Numbered from the stretch's first letter, positions 1 to 8,919 are shown. The stretch: 64,000 nucleotides of DNA from Chloroflexota bacterium (GCA_028872875.1 JAGWOC010000009.1:1806-65805); one strand, 5' to 3'. Translations and numbers: made by a program. The notes: a model not told the origin generated them from the letters alone.

Positions 1-2
1 AC

Positions 3-191
3 CTGCATCGCGTCGCGCTCAGCGTGTACGACTACAACGAGCGCGCGCGGGCCTCCTATCGCACGTGCGGCTTCGTCGAGGAGGGCCGCCTGCGCGACGA
101 CATCTTTCGTGACGGCCGCTACCACGACGTGATCCGCATGGCCGTCCTGCGGGACGAGTTCTACGCGCTCCACGGCAAAGCCGCCACGTAG
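3..191 (+). CDS. RimJ/RimL-family GNAT acetyltransferase, C-terminal part (5' truncated by window)
   Basis: Manual translation LHRVALSVYDYNERARASYRTCGFVEEGRLRDDIFRDGRYHDVIRMAVLRDEF...*; typical Acetyltransf_3 C-terminus (N..A...Y...GF..EG.LR). Confidence 0.85.
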   Translation: MHRVALSVYDYNERARASYRTCGFVEEGRLRDDIFRDGRYHDVIRMAVLRDEFYALHGKAAT

Positions 192-210
192 GGGCGCCGC
201 TTGCTGCGCC
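145..210 (+). repeat. 66-bp direct repeat, copy 1 (copy 2 at 734-799)
   Basis: tcctgcgggacgagttctacgcgctccacggcaaagccgccacgtaggggcgccgcttgctgcgcc occurs identically at both GNAT 3' ends. Confidence 0.9.
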
Positions 211-211
211 C
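188..211 (+). repeat. REP-like GTAG hairpin
   Basis: GTAG followed by imperfect palindrome GGGCGCcGCttGCtGCGCCC; related copies at 777-857. Confidence 0.6.
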
Positions 212-229
212 GAGCAGGAGGACGACACG

Positions 230-780
230 ATGATCGAAGGCACGCTCGTCAACCTGCGTGCGCAGGACATGGCCGACCTCGAGCGCAACGCGCGCTGGGT
301 CAACGACCGCGAAGTGACGCGCTTCCTCAACGTGCGCTATCCGTGGCCGCTCGCCGCCGAGGAGGCGTGGTTGCGCGAGCGCACATGACGCCGCTCTCGT
401 ACGGCAATGTGCACTTCGCGATCGAGACGAAGGACGGTGTGCACATCGGCAGCATTGGCCTGCACGTCGCCGTGCCGGAGGACCGCAAGGCCCGGCTCGG
501 CATCACCATCGGCGACAAGGCGTACTGGTCGCGCGGCTACGGCACCGACGCGATGCTCACGCTGCTGCGCTTCGCCTTCGACGAGATGAACCTGCACCGG
601 ATCGACCTCACGGTTGACGAGGACAACGCGCGCGCACGGGCGTGCTACCGCACGTGCGGCATGGTCGAGGAAGTGCGCCTGCGCCAGGAGCGATACGCCG
701 ACGGCGCCTACCGCGACCAGCTCGTCATGGCGATCCTGCGGGACGAGTTCTACGCGCTCCACGGCAAAGCCGCCACGTAG
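230..780 (+). pseudogene. RimJ/RimL-family GNAT split by a frameshift near 385 (pseudogene, split gene or sequencing error)
   Basis: RBS GGAGG; ATG 230 gives MIEGTLVNLRAQDMADLERNARWVNDREVTRFL...ERT* (TGA 386-388); the C-terminal half continues in another frame from ATG 385 (HFAIET..HIGSIGL..GITIGDKAYWSRGYGTDAM..LHRIDL). Confidence 0.75.
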
Positions 781-799
781 GGGCGCCGCTTGCTGCGCC
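734..799 (+). repeat. 66-bp direct repeat, copy 2
   Basis: identical to 145-210. Confidence 0.9.
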
Positions 800-857
800 G
801 GGCCGGTAGGGGTGCCGCGTGCCGCGCCCACGCCGTAGGGCGCCGCATGCTGCGCCC
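777..857 (+). repeat. Cluster of three tandem REP-like GTAG hairpins
   Basis: GTAGGGGCGCCGCTTGCTGCGCCG (777-800), GTAGGGGTGCCGCGTGCCGCGCCC (806-829), GTAGGGCGCCGCATGCTGCGCCC (835-857); 29-bp period; between convergent genes. Confidence 0.65.
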
Positions 858-878
858 GTTCGTACGCTGCACGCGCCA

Positions 879-1499
879 TTAGCGAAAGGCAGCCGTCAGC
901 TCCCTCGCTGCCCGCTCCGGCGACGCCGCGCCGCACACCGCGCTGATCACCGCCGCCGCGTCCGCGCCCGCGGCGACGACATCGCTGATGTTCGACGCGC
1001 CGATGCCGCCGATCGCCACGACGGGGATCCGCACGGCCCCCCGCACCTCGCGCAGCCGCTCGAGGCTCGCGGCACGGGTGAGGTCCTTCGAGCGCGTCGG
1101 GAAGATCGCGCCGACGGCGACGTAGTCGGCGCCGGCCGCCTCCGCGCGCCGCGCCTCCCCGACGGTGTTCGTCGACACGCCGATCATCATCGACCCCACG
1201 ATGGGCCGCACCGCACCGAGCGGCAGATCGTGCTGCCCCACATGCACGCCGTCCGCCCCGACGGCGAGCGCCAGGTCCGCGTGGTCGTTGACGATGAACG
1301 TCGCGCCGTGCGTCCGGCACAGGGCGCGGATCGCCCGCGCATCGTCGAGCTGGTCGCCCTTGTCGCGCCGTTTGTCACGCCACTGCACGACCTGCGCGCC
1401 GCCGTCGAGCGCCATCCGCGCGACCTCGGCCGGGCTCCGCCCGGCGCAGGCGCCGGGGTCGATGATCACGTACAGGCCGCGGATTTGCCGGTGCTGCAA
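879..1499 (-). CDS. thiE: Thiamine-phosphate synthase
   Basis: LYVI, VQWRDK, FIVNDHADLALAVGADGVHVGQHD, GADYVAVGAIFPTRSK, VAIGGI motifs; TTG start after GAGGTG RBS. Confidence 0.93.
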   Translation of the reverse strand: MQHRQIRGLYVIIDPGACAGRSPAEVARMALDGGAQVVQWRDKRRDKGDQLDDARAIRALCRTHGATFIVNDHADLALAVGADGVHVGQHDLPLGAVRPIVGSMMIGVSTNTVGEARRAEAAGADYVAVGAIFPTRSKDLTRAASLERLREVRGAVRIPVVAIGGIGASNISDVVAAGADAAAVISAVCGAASPERAARELTAAFR

Positions 1500-1647
1500 C
1501 GCACACCTCGTCGCGGCTGTCTGCCGCCGACCACACACATTTCCGGCGCGACGCCGGGCCTCCCGGCCGCGATGTGAGGTGCGCTCGGCCGCGTCCCCGC
1601 GCACAATGATGACACGGAGCAGGCACCCACCCCCACCGAGGAGGCGC

Positions 1648-2574
1648 ATGAAGGCCCGCGATCTCGCGCTGCTCCTGCTGCTCGGTGTGATCTGGGGGTC
1701 GGCGTTCCTGTTCATCCGGGTCGCCGTGCGCGACGTGCCACCGATGACGCTCGTCGCCGGCCGCCTGATCCTCGCGGCGGCCGCGCTCCTCGTGCTGCTG
1801 CGGGCGACCGGCCGGGCCTTTCCGCCGCGCGCGGCGTGGCCGATCCTGCTGCTCCTTGGCGTCACGAACAACGTGCTGCCGTTTGTGCTCGTCTCCTGGT
1901 CCGAAGAACGGATCGCGAGCGCCCTGGCCGGTACGTTGAACGCGACGATGCCGCTCTTCACGTTTCTGATCGCCGTGTCGCTCCGCCAGGAACGGCTGAG
2001 CGTCGGCCGCGCTGCCGGCCTCGCGGTCGGCTTCGCCGGCGCGTTCATCATCGTCAGCCCGACGCTCGGCGACCTCGCGAGCGCGAACAAGGTCGCCGAG
2101 TTCGCCGTCATCGCCGCCTCGGCGTCGTACGCGTTCTCAACGGTCGCCGCGCGTGCTCACCTCCGCGCTGGCGATCCCGTTGGGTCTGCTGCCGGCCAGC
2201 TCGTGGCGGGCGCGCTCGTCGCCACGCCCCTGGCACTCCTCGTCGATCGCGCGCCGCACCTGCATGCGTCCGCCGGTGCTGCCATGTCGTGGATCGCGCT
2301 GGGACTGCTCTGCTCCGCGTTCGCGTACATCATCTTCTTCGCGCTCGTGCAGCGCGTTGGCGCCACGCAGGTCGCCCTGGTCAGCTACGTCATCCCCGTC
2401 GTGGCGACCGTGCTTGGCTGGGCGGCGCTCGGCGAGCACATCGGCTACGGCCTGATCGCCGGCCTCGCCCTGATCTTCCTCGCGCTGGCGATGGTCAATG
2501 GCAACGTACGCGGGCTGGTCGCGCACGTGCGCGGCCGCCGCGGCGCGCCGGGCGCGCCCGCCCTCCGGCGCTAA
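1648..2574 (+). CDS. EamA/DMT family transporter
   Basis: IWGSAFLFIRVA, ~10 hydrophobic helices in two repeats; GAGGAGG RBS before ATG 1648. Confidence 0.9.
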   Translation: MKARDLALLLLLGVIWGSAFLFIRVAVRDVPPMTLVAGRLILAAAALLVLLRATGRAFPPRAAWPILLLLGVTNNVLPFVLVSWSEERIASALAGTLNATMPLFTFLIAVSLRQERLSVGRAAGLAVGFAGAFIIVSPTLGDLASANKVAEFAVIAASASYAFSTVAARAHLRAGDPVGSAAGQLVAGALVATPLALLVDRAPHLHASAGAAMSWIALGLLCSAFAYIIFFALVQRVGATQVALVSYVIPVVATVLGWAALGEHIGYGLIAGLALIFLALAMVNGNVRGLVAHVRGRRGAPGAPALRR

Positions 2575-2626
2575 TTGGCGCCGGCGGCAGGTGCGCCGTC
2601 TGTCGCCTGTTGGTTGCCGGCCGCTC

Positions 2627-3349
2627 CTACCCTGCCCGCAGGGTGCGCGCCGCCGCCGCATCCAGCAGCCAGGTGCAGTCGCCGTGCGCCTGGAGCCACG
2701 ACGCCGGCACCGCCGCCGTCATGGGCCCATCGACGGCGCGACGCACGATCTCCGCCTTCGCGGCACCCGTCGCGAGCACCAGCACGGTGCGCGCTTCCAG
2801 CAGGTCCGCGATGCCGAGCGTCATCCCCTGCCGGGGCACGCGCTCGATGCCGCCGAACGCCGCAGCGTGCGCCTGGCGCGATGTCTTCGCCAGCTCGACG
2901 ACGCGCGCCCGCGAGTCGCGCGCCGAACCTGGTTCGTTGAACGCGATGTGGCCGTTCGCACCAACGCCGAGCACGCACACGTCGAAGCCGCCCGCCCGGC
3001 GGACCGCGTCCGCGAAGGCGGCGATGTGCGCCTCGCTCTCCGGGGCGCCCGCGTCCGGGACGTGAAGGGCGTGCACCGGCAGGCGCAGGTGCGCGCGATA
3101 GAACATGCGGTTCGTGCCCGGCGTGGCCGGCGCGACGCCGGCGAACTCGTCGATGGCGTAGACCACCGTGCCTGAGAAGTCGGCTTCGCCCGCCGCGGAA
3201 CGTCGCTCCAGCTCGCGGTACATCCCGATCGGTGTGGTGCCGGTCGGCAGGCCCAGCACCGCGTCCGGCTTCGCGTCGACGGCCGCGCAGACGAGGTCCG
3301 CCGCCGCCCGCGCGAGGGCCCCCTCATCCGCCACCGTCACGATACGCAT
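2627..3349 (-). CDS. nagB: Glucosamine-6-phosphate deaminase
   Basis: VLGLPTGTTP, IDEF, LGVGANGHIAFNEPGS, GMTLGI, VPASWLQAH motifs. Confidence 0.9.
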   Translation of the reverse strand: MRIVTVADEGALARAAADLVCAAVDAKPDAVLGLPTGTTPIGMYRELERRSAAGEADFSGTVVYAIDEFAGVAPATPGTNRMFYRAHLRLPVHALHVPDAGAPESEAHIAAFADAVRRAGGFDVCVLGVGANGHIAFNEPGSARDSRARVVELAKTSRQAHAAAFGGIERVPRQGMTLGIADLLEARTVLVLATGAAKAEIVRRAVDGPMTAAVPASWLQAHGDCTWLLDAAAARTLRAG

Positions 3350-3448
3350 CGCCGCCATGCTACCAACAGCGCTGGCCGACCGCCCGCGCGCCGGTTACGC
3401 TGACGCCGCGCATTCCTTCGGCCCCGCGCACGAAAGGACCTGCTGTCC

Positions 3449-4456
3449 ATGACGAAGCGCCTTGGCATCCAGATCGGCTTTGCCGGCAGCCCCGCGGAGC
3501 GCGCCGACCTCGTTGAGCGCGCCAAGATCGCCGACGACCTGGGCGTCGAGTCCGCCTGGGTGGCGGAGGCATGGGGCCGGGACGCCTTCAGCATGCTGAC
3601 GCAACTCGCGCTGGCGACGAAGCACATCCAGCTCGGCACGGCCATCGTCAACGTCTTCAGCCGCACGCCGGCGGTGCTGGCGATGACGTTCGGCACGCTC
3701 GACGAGCTCTCGGGCGGGCGGGCGCTGATCGGGCTCGGCAGCTCCGGTGCCAACGTGGTCGAGCACTGGCATGGCGTGCCCTTCGACCGGCCGGCGACGC
3801 GCCTGCGCGAGTACGTCCAGATCATCGACATGATCATGCGGCGCCAGAAGCTGCAGTACGAGGGCAAGGTCTTCCACCTGGGCCGCGGCTTCACCATGCA
3901 GTTCCCGACGCTCCGCGACCACATCCCTACCTACATTGCCTCGATCACGCCGAAGAGCATGGCGCAGACGGGCGAGATCGCCGACGGCTGGATCCCCATC
4001 TACTGGCCGAAGGACAAGATCCAGGAAGGCGTGGCGACGATCATGCAGGGCGCGCGGAAGGCCGGCAAGGCGCGCGCCGACATCACCGTCGCGCCCTCGA
4101 TCGTGATGCAGATCACGGATGCCGGGAGCGCCGAGCAGGTGCGGATGCAGGCGCGCGCGCCGATCGCGTTTTACGTCGGCCGCATGGGGACGTACTACTA
4201 CGAGATGCTGGTCCGCAACGGCTTCGAGGAAGAGGTCCGGCAGATCCGCGCCGGCTGGGAGGCGCGCGACCCGAAGGCTGCCGCCGCCGGCGTCTCCGAC
4301 CGGATGCTCGAACAGACCGCCGTCGTGGGCCCGCTCGAGCGGTGCAAGGAAGACCTCGATGAACGGCGCGCGCTCGGCGTCGACCTGCCGCTCATCGGCA
4401 TGCCGGGCCGCGACGCGCGCGAGATGGCGACGATCCTCGAAGCGCTGCTGAAGTAG
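3449..4456 (+). CDS. LLM-class (luciferase-like, probably F420-dependent) oxidoreductase
   Basis: WVAEAWGRDA, LGTAIVNVFSRTPA..AMT..TLDELSGGR..IGLGSSG, GEIADGW. Confidence 0.88.
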   Translation: MTKRLGIQIGFAGSPAERADLVERAKIADDLGVESAWVAEAWGRDAFSMLTQLALATKHIQLGTAIVNVFSRTPAVLAMTFGTLDELSGGRALIGLGSSGANVVEHWHGVPFDRPATRLREYVQIIDMIMRRQKLQYEGKVFHLGRGFTMQFPTLRDHIPTYIASITPKSMAQTGEIADGWIPIYWPKDKIQEGVATIMQGARKAGKARADITVAPSIVMQITDAGSAEQVRMQARAPIAFYVGRMGTYYYEMLVRNGFEEEVRQIRAGWEARDPKAAAAGVSDRMLEQTAVVGPLERCKEDLDERRALGVDLPLIGMPGRDAREMATILEALLK

Positions 4457-4481
4457 GGCGCCGCCGCGAGCGCTGGATGCG

Positions 4482-4511
4482 GAGACGGCCCCGGTTCTCC
4501 GGGGCCGTCTC
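4482..4511. terminator. Strong hairpin between convergent genes (probable intrinsic terminator)
   Basis: GAGACGGCCCCGG-ttct-CCGGGGCCGTCTC perfect 13-bp stem. Confidence 0.75.
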
Positions 4512-4534
4512 TGTCTGTGCGTGTCGTGTGCGCG

Positions 4535-5089
4535 TCAGTCCTTCTTCGCGCCCGCGCGGTCCGCAGCGTCCGGCGCGTCCTTGGCGTCGGCGTGGCTGTC
4601 GGCCTGCGCCTGGTCGTCGTGGCCGTGCTTCTCCTCGACGTCACAGGGATCCGCCGTAGTCGGCGTGCCGCCGGGCTGCGGCGTGCTGACGGCGCCGCCG
4701 TCCTTGCTGTCGTCCTTCGCCTCGTGCTGGTCGTCGACGTCCTTCTCGTCCTTGTCGTCGTTGCAGCCGGCCGTCGGGGTGCCGCTCGCCGTGGCCGTCG
4801 GCGAAGCTCCGGCGGCCGGCGTGCTCGTGGCTGTCGGTGCGGGCGTCGTCGTGGCCGTCGGCACGCTCGTCGCGGTCCCTGTCGCGGTTGCGGTGCCGGT
4901 CGCCGCGCCCGTGGCTGTCGCCTGCGCAGTTGCGGTGCTCGTGGCCGTGTCGGTCGCCGTTGCCGGCGCTGTGGCCGTCGACGTCGGCGTCGCCTGCGTC
5001 GTCACGCCGTTCTGAGACGCGAAGGCCCCGACGGCAGCCAGGGACACGAGCGCCACTCCGAGTCCCGCACCGATGAACTTGCTGATCAT
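4535..5089 (-). CDS. Secreted Thr/Ala-rich low-complexity protein with acidic tail
   Basis: Signal peptide MISKFIGAGLGVALVSLAAVGAFA, long TAT/TP linker, D/E/K/H-rich C-terminus; GAGGGG RBS. Confidence 0.7.
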   Translation of the reverse strand: MISKFIGAGLGVALVSLAAVGAFASQNGVTTQATPTSTATAPATATDTATSTATAQATATGAATGTATATGTATSVPTATTTPAPTATSTPAAGASPTATASGTPTAGCNDDKDEKDVDDQHEAKDDSKDGGAVSTPQPGGTPTTADPCDVEEKHGHDDQAQADSHADAKDAPDAADRAGAKKD

Positions 5090-5575
5090 CCGTTCCCCTC
5101 CCAAAGGTCCACGCGTGCGCCGCTCCCCGGGACCGGCGTCACACCGGCTCGATGCGCTTCACCGCATCTGTGCCCCATCTGAATGCTTGCTGGATTCCTG
5201 CACCGGCGACGCCCCGCCCGACCCTCGGCGGGCGGACCGCGCCACTGCGATGCTCGCCTGCCGCGAGCGTGGGACGCTGCTGACGATTCCCTGAACCCAG
5301 TCAAACTATCGGCGCGGGTCCGGCGGGCTGAACACCGTGCGGGCTCGCGCCTTCCCTCAGGACGGCGATGGGATGGCGGTCTCACGATCGTTCAGATTCC
5401 GGGGAAGGCGCCGAGACTTTTCATGAAAGGCCGGCGCAGATGGGGCGCCGACCGGCGGATCCACTGTGTACCGTCCGCGGCCTGCTCGGGCCGGTCGGCA
5501 CGCTCACGGGGGCCAGGGTGCTCCCTCGTGGCGGCGTTGGTCCGTGTAGCCACCGTGGACGGGTGAGGAACTGCG

Positions 5576-6025
5576 ATGGGGGCAGATTCCAGGCAGCGCG
5601 CCGGCTCGCGGCGTGCGTGCGTGCGTGTGCGGTGCGCGGCCGTACGGGGTGAGCGCGGCCAGAGCCTCGCGGAACTGGCGATCATCCTTCCGCTGATCCT
5701 GGTGCTGGTGGTCGGGGTCGTCGAAGTCTCGGCCGCCTTCAACGCGTACATCAGCGTGATCTCCGCCGCCCGCGACGGCGCCCGCCTGGGATCGAAGGGT
5801 TCGGCGGACGACGGCGCGATCCAGGCGCTCGTAGTGAAGGACCTGGGCACCCTGCGGCAGAGCACGCCGCTCTCAAACGTCACCGTGACACACCTGACCG
5901 TCGACTCCCGGCCGGCGATCGAGGTCCAGGCGTGCTACGACCACAAGACGCTGTTGCACGTCCCGATCATCCTGCCGAACACGTTCCACATGTGCTCCAG
6001 CACCACCATGCCGGCGCTGCAATGA
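5576..6025 (+). CDS. TadE-like minor pilin
   Basis: RGQSLAELAIILPLILVLVVG prepilin G/xxxxE motif; AARDGAR. Confidence 0.85.
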   Translation: MGADSRQRAGSRRACVRVRCAAVRGERGQSLAELAIILPLILVLVVGVVEVSAAFNAYISVISAARDGARLGSKGSADDGAIQALVVKDLGTLRQSTPLSNVTVTHLTVDSRPAIEVQACYDHKTLLHVPIILPNTFHMCSSTTMPALQ

Positions 6026-7314
6026 GGTATCGCATGGTCACGCGCGCGAGGTTTCGACGAGACGACTCCGGCCAGGTGGCGGTCCTCTTCGCCATGCTGA
6101 CGCTGATCCTCATCGCGCTGATGGGCCTTGCGGCAGACGTCGGCCGGCTCTACGTCGTGCGTGCGGAGCTCGGCCGCACCGTAGACGCCGCGGCGCTGGC
6201 CGGCGCGAAGGAGCTCCCAAGCCTCACCAACGCGACGCAGCACGCGCAGGACTACATCAACGCGAACGAGCCCGGCGGCAACGTCACCGACACGATCACA
6301 CCGGACGCCGCGTCGCAGCAGGTGTCGGTGACGGCGAGCAAGAAGGTCGACACGATCTTCATGCGCGTCTTCGGGATCAAGACGATGACCGTGACGAACA
6401 GCGCGACGGCGGGCTTCGGTGTCATCCCGGTGGATGCGGTGATGGCCATCGACGCGACCGGGAGCATGGGGGCGAGCCCGTGCAACGGCCAGCAGAGCAA
6501 CAGCGGCTGCCCGGAGTACGAGGCGAAGAACGCCGCCAAGAGCTTTACCAACACGCTGCTGCCGAGCGCCAACACCAGCGTCGGCGCGCTGCCCTTCCGC
6601 GGCTGCTACAACCCGCCGAACGCGAAATGGGTGCCGTGCGTGCCGAACAACAACGGCAACATGATCGTGCCCCTCAACAACGACGCGATCACGGTGACCA
6701 ACGGGATCAACGCGATCAGCGCCCAGGGCGGCACCGGCACGAACGTCTGCGGCGGCCTCGACCGGGCGGCGCAGGTGCTGTATGGCCCCGGCTCCCATGC
6801 GGCATCGAACACCATCCGGGTCATCGTGATCCTGACCGACGCCGCCAACATCTACAACAACGCGTCGTACGTCTCGGGGTCGTCGCCCGCCGCCGCCTGC
6901 ACGCCCGCCAACTCGCCATCGACGTCCGACGCGTACCTCGGCACGGGCTGCTCGGCGCCCGGGCAGGGGACTCCCAACGGGTGGAACCCCGGCTCCTACC
7001 GGACGCCGCCCGGCCGCCAGCTCGACACCAAGACGGTGGCGCGGGCCGACGCGCTCAAGGCGCAGGGGGTCGCGATCTACGTCGTGAACTTCGGTGTCTG
7101 CGGCACCGACGACGGCGCGACGCCGTCCACGAGCTATTGCGCCAACATCGGCAACGCCGACCCGGACACGATCGCGAGCCAGCGGCTGGCGAAGTGCATC
7201 GCCTCGTCTACGCCTGGAACGGACGACCATTACTTCCGCGTCGATGACCCGGCCGCGCTGTCGGGTGTCTTCACCAAGATCGCGCAGAACATCGCATTCA
7301 GGTTGATCAAATGA
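6022..7314 (+). CDS. TadG-like pilin/adhesin with vWA domain
   Basis: SGQVAVLFAML..GLAADVG..DAAALAGA N-terminus; MIDAS-like DATGS, GTN, ILTD; Cys-rich inserts; ATGA overlap with upstream gene. Confidence 0.85.
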   Translation: MRYRMVTRARFRRDDSGQVAVLFAMLTLILIALMGLAADVGRLYVVRAELGRTVDAAALAGAKELPSLTNATQHAQDYINANEPGGNVTDTITPDAASQQVSVTASKKVDTIFMRVFGIKTMTVTNSATAGFGVIPVDAVMAIDATGSMGASPCNGQQSNSGCPEYEAKNAAKSFTNTLLPSANTSVGALPFRGCYNPPNAKWVPCVPNNNGNMIVPLNNDAITVTNGINAISAQGGTGTNVCGGLDRAAQVLYGPGSHAASNTIRVIVILTDAANIYNNASYVSGSSPAAACTPANSPSTSDAYLGTGCSAPGQGTPNGWNPGSYRTPPGRQLDTKTVARADALKAQGVAIYVVNFGVCGTDDGATPSTSYCANIGNADPDTIASQRLAKCIASSTPGTDDHYFRVDDPAALSGVFTKIAQNIAFRLIK

Positions 7315-7802
7315 GCGGGCGGATCCACGCACGGCGATCGGGGCGGAGGGAGCGCGGCCAGGCGCTGGCGGAGTTCGCGCTCGTGATGCCGATCGTCACC
7401 CTGGTCATCTTTGGGCTCGTCGACCTGTCACGGGCGATGCAGTCCTACGTGACCATCCAGGAGGCCGCGAGAAGCGCCGCACGCTACGCGGTGACGGGCC
7501 GGACGGACTGCACCGGCGTCCAGACCCAGAGCCGCATGAACTGCATCGCTCAGGAGGTCGCCGTCCGCACGGCCAGCCTGAACAACGCCGCCTCAATCAC
7601 ATCGAGCGTCGAGAGCTGGGCGTACCCCAATTACGCCGACCCGCCGACGCCGAACAGCGCCGGCAACCAGTGCGACGCCGTCCAGGTGACGGTCAGCTAC
7701 GACTACACGCCGATGACGCCGATCTTCAACAGGCTCATCCCGCACGTCCCCATGTCCTCCTCGGATCGCATGGTCAACGAGCCCTTCGGCACCTGCTCCT
7801 GA
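7311..7802 (+). CDS. TadE-like minor pilin
   Basis: RGQALAEFALVMPIV..FGLVD..AARSAARYA; ATGA overlap. Confidence 0.87.
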   Translation: MSGRIHARRSGRRERGQALAEFALVMPIVTLVIFGLVDLSRAMQSYVTIQEAARSAARYAVTGRTDCTGVQTQSRMNCIAQEVAVRTASLNNAASITSSVESWAYPNYADPPTPNSAGNQCDAVQVTVSYDYTPMTPIFNRLIPHVPMSSSDRMVNEPFGTCS

Positions 7803-7839
7803 CGGCTCGACACGCGCCCGCTGATGTACGCTTGCGGGG

Positions 7840-8919
7840 ATGACCGCAAGCCGCCGACCATCCGCCCTGCATCCGCTGCCCTTCGCGCCGCCTGTCGAGC
7901 CGATGCTTGCCAGGATCAGCGCCGAGATCCCGGCCGGCGACGCCTGGCAGTACGAGCCGAAGTGGGACGGGTTCCGCGCGCTCGTGTTTTTCGACGGCGC
8001 CAATGCCAACCTGCAAAGCCGTGACCTGAAGCCGCTCGCGCGCTACTTCCCGGAGCTGAGCGACGGCCTCGCGCGCGTGCTGCCGCGATCGCTCGTGCTC
8101 GATGGCGAGATCGTGATCTTCGGCGAGCGCGGACTCGACTTCGATGCGCTGCTGATGCGCATCCACCCGGCGGAGTCGCGGGTGCGCAAGCTCGCCGAGG
8201 AGACGCCCGCGGCGTTCGTCGCCTTCGACCTCCTGGCGGATGGCGGCGACGACCTCCGCGCGCGTCCGCTCGCGGAGCGACGGCAGCGGCTGGAATCCGC
8301 CCTCCGCGGCGTCGCCCCGCCAGCCTACGTGACCCCCGTCACCCGTGACCGCGAGCTCGCGCAGGACTGGTTCCGGCGGTTCGAGGGTGCGGGCCTCGAT
8401 GGCGTCGTCGCCAAGCGCCTCGACGACGCCTATCACCCCGGCCAGCGCTCGATGCTCAAGGTCAAGCACCTCCGCACCGTCGATTGCGTGGTCGGCGGCT
8501 TCCGCTGGAACCAGGGGCAGGAAGGGGAGTCCGTCGGGTCGCTCCTGCTCGGGTTGTACGACAAGGACGGCGTGCTCGCGTACGTCGGTCACACCTCGAG
8601 CTTCAAGGCCGCGGAGAAGCGGGCGCTCGTCGAGACGCTGTCTCCGTTCCTTACCGACGACGAGCGCGCGGGCTTCGGCGGCGGCCGCACACCCGGCGGC
8701 CCGAGCCGCTGGACGGATGCGCGTGCCACTGCCTGGGTGCGGCTGCGCCCCGAGCTCGTGTGCGAGGTCAGCTTCGACCATCTGCAGGGCGAGCGGTTCC
8801 GGCACGCTGCCACGTTCCGTCGCTGGCGTCCGGACAAGCCGGCCCGCGCCTGCACCTTCGGCCAGGTCGTGAGCGCCATCCCGGTCGAGCTGCAGCAGGT
8901 CTTTGCCGCCAGGCCCTGA
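7840..8919 (+). CDS. ligC: ATP-dependent DNA ligase, LigC type
   Basis: YEPKWDGFR, LDGEIV, FVAFDLL, GLDGVVAK, MLKVKH, RFRH..F.RWRPDK motifs. Confidence 0.92.
   Translation: MTASRRPSALHPLPFAPPVEPMLARISAEIPAGDAWQYEPKWDGFRALVFFDGANANLQSRDLKPLARYFPELSDGLARVLPRSLVLDGEIVIFGERGLDFDALLMRIHPAESRVRKLAEETPAAFVAFDLLADGGDDLRARPLAERRQRLESALRGVAPPAYVTPVTRDRELAQDWFRRFEGAGLDGVVAKRLDDAYHPGQRSMLKVKHLRTVDCVVGGFRWNQGQEGESVGSLLLGLYDKDGVLAYVGHTSSFKAAEKRALVETLSPFLTDDERAGFGGGRTPGGPSRWTDARATAWVRLRPELVCEVSFDHLQGERFRHAATFRRWRPDKPARACTFGQVVSAIPVELQQVFAARP

Noticed and set aside
386-388. Selenocysteine or readthrough at the GNAT TGA
   Set aside because: The homologous sequence continues in a different frame, so readthrough would not restore the protein
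777-857. Possible CRISPR array
   Set aside because: Only three degenerate units with 5-bp gaps and no cas genes; fits REP-like hairpins better
1500-1647. TPP riboswitch upstream of thiE
   Set aside because: No CTGAGA / CCTGA..GATAAT-type consensus seen in the short divergent spacer
5255-5300. c-di-GMP-I riboswitch (GTGGGACGC fragment)
   Set aside because: Lacks the GGCAAAC, GAAA tetraloop and GCAAAG context
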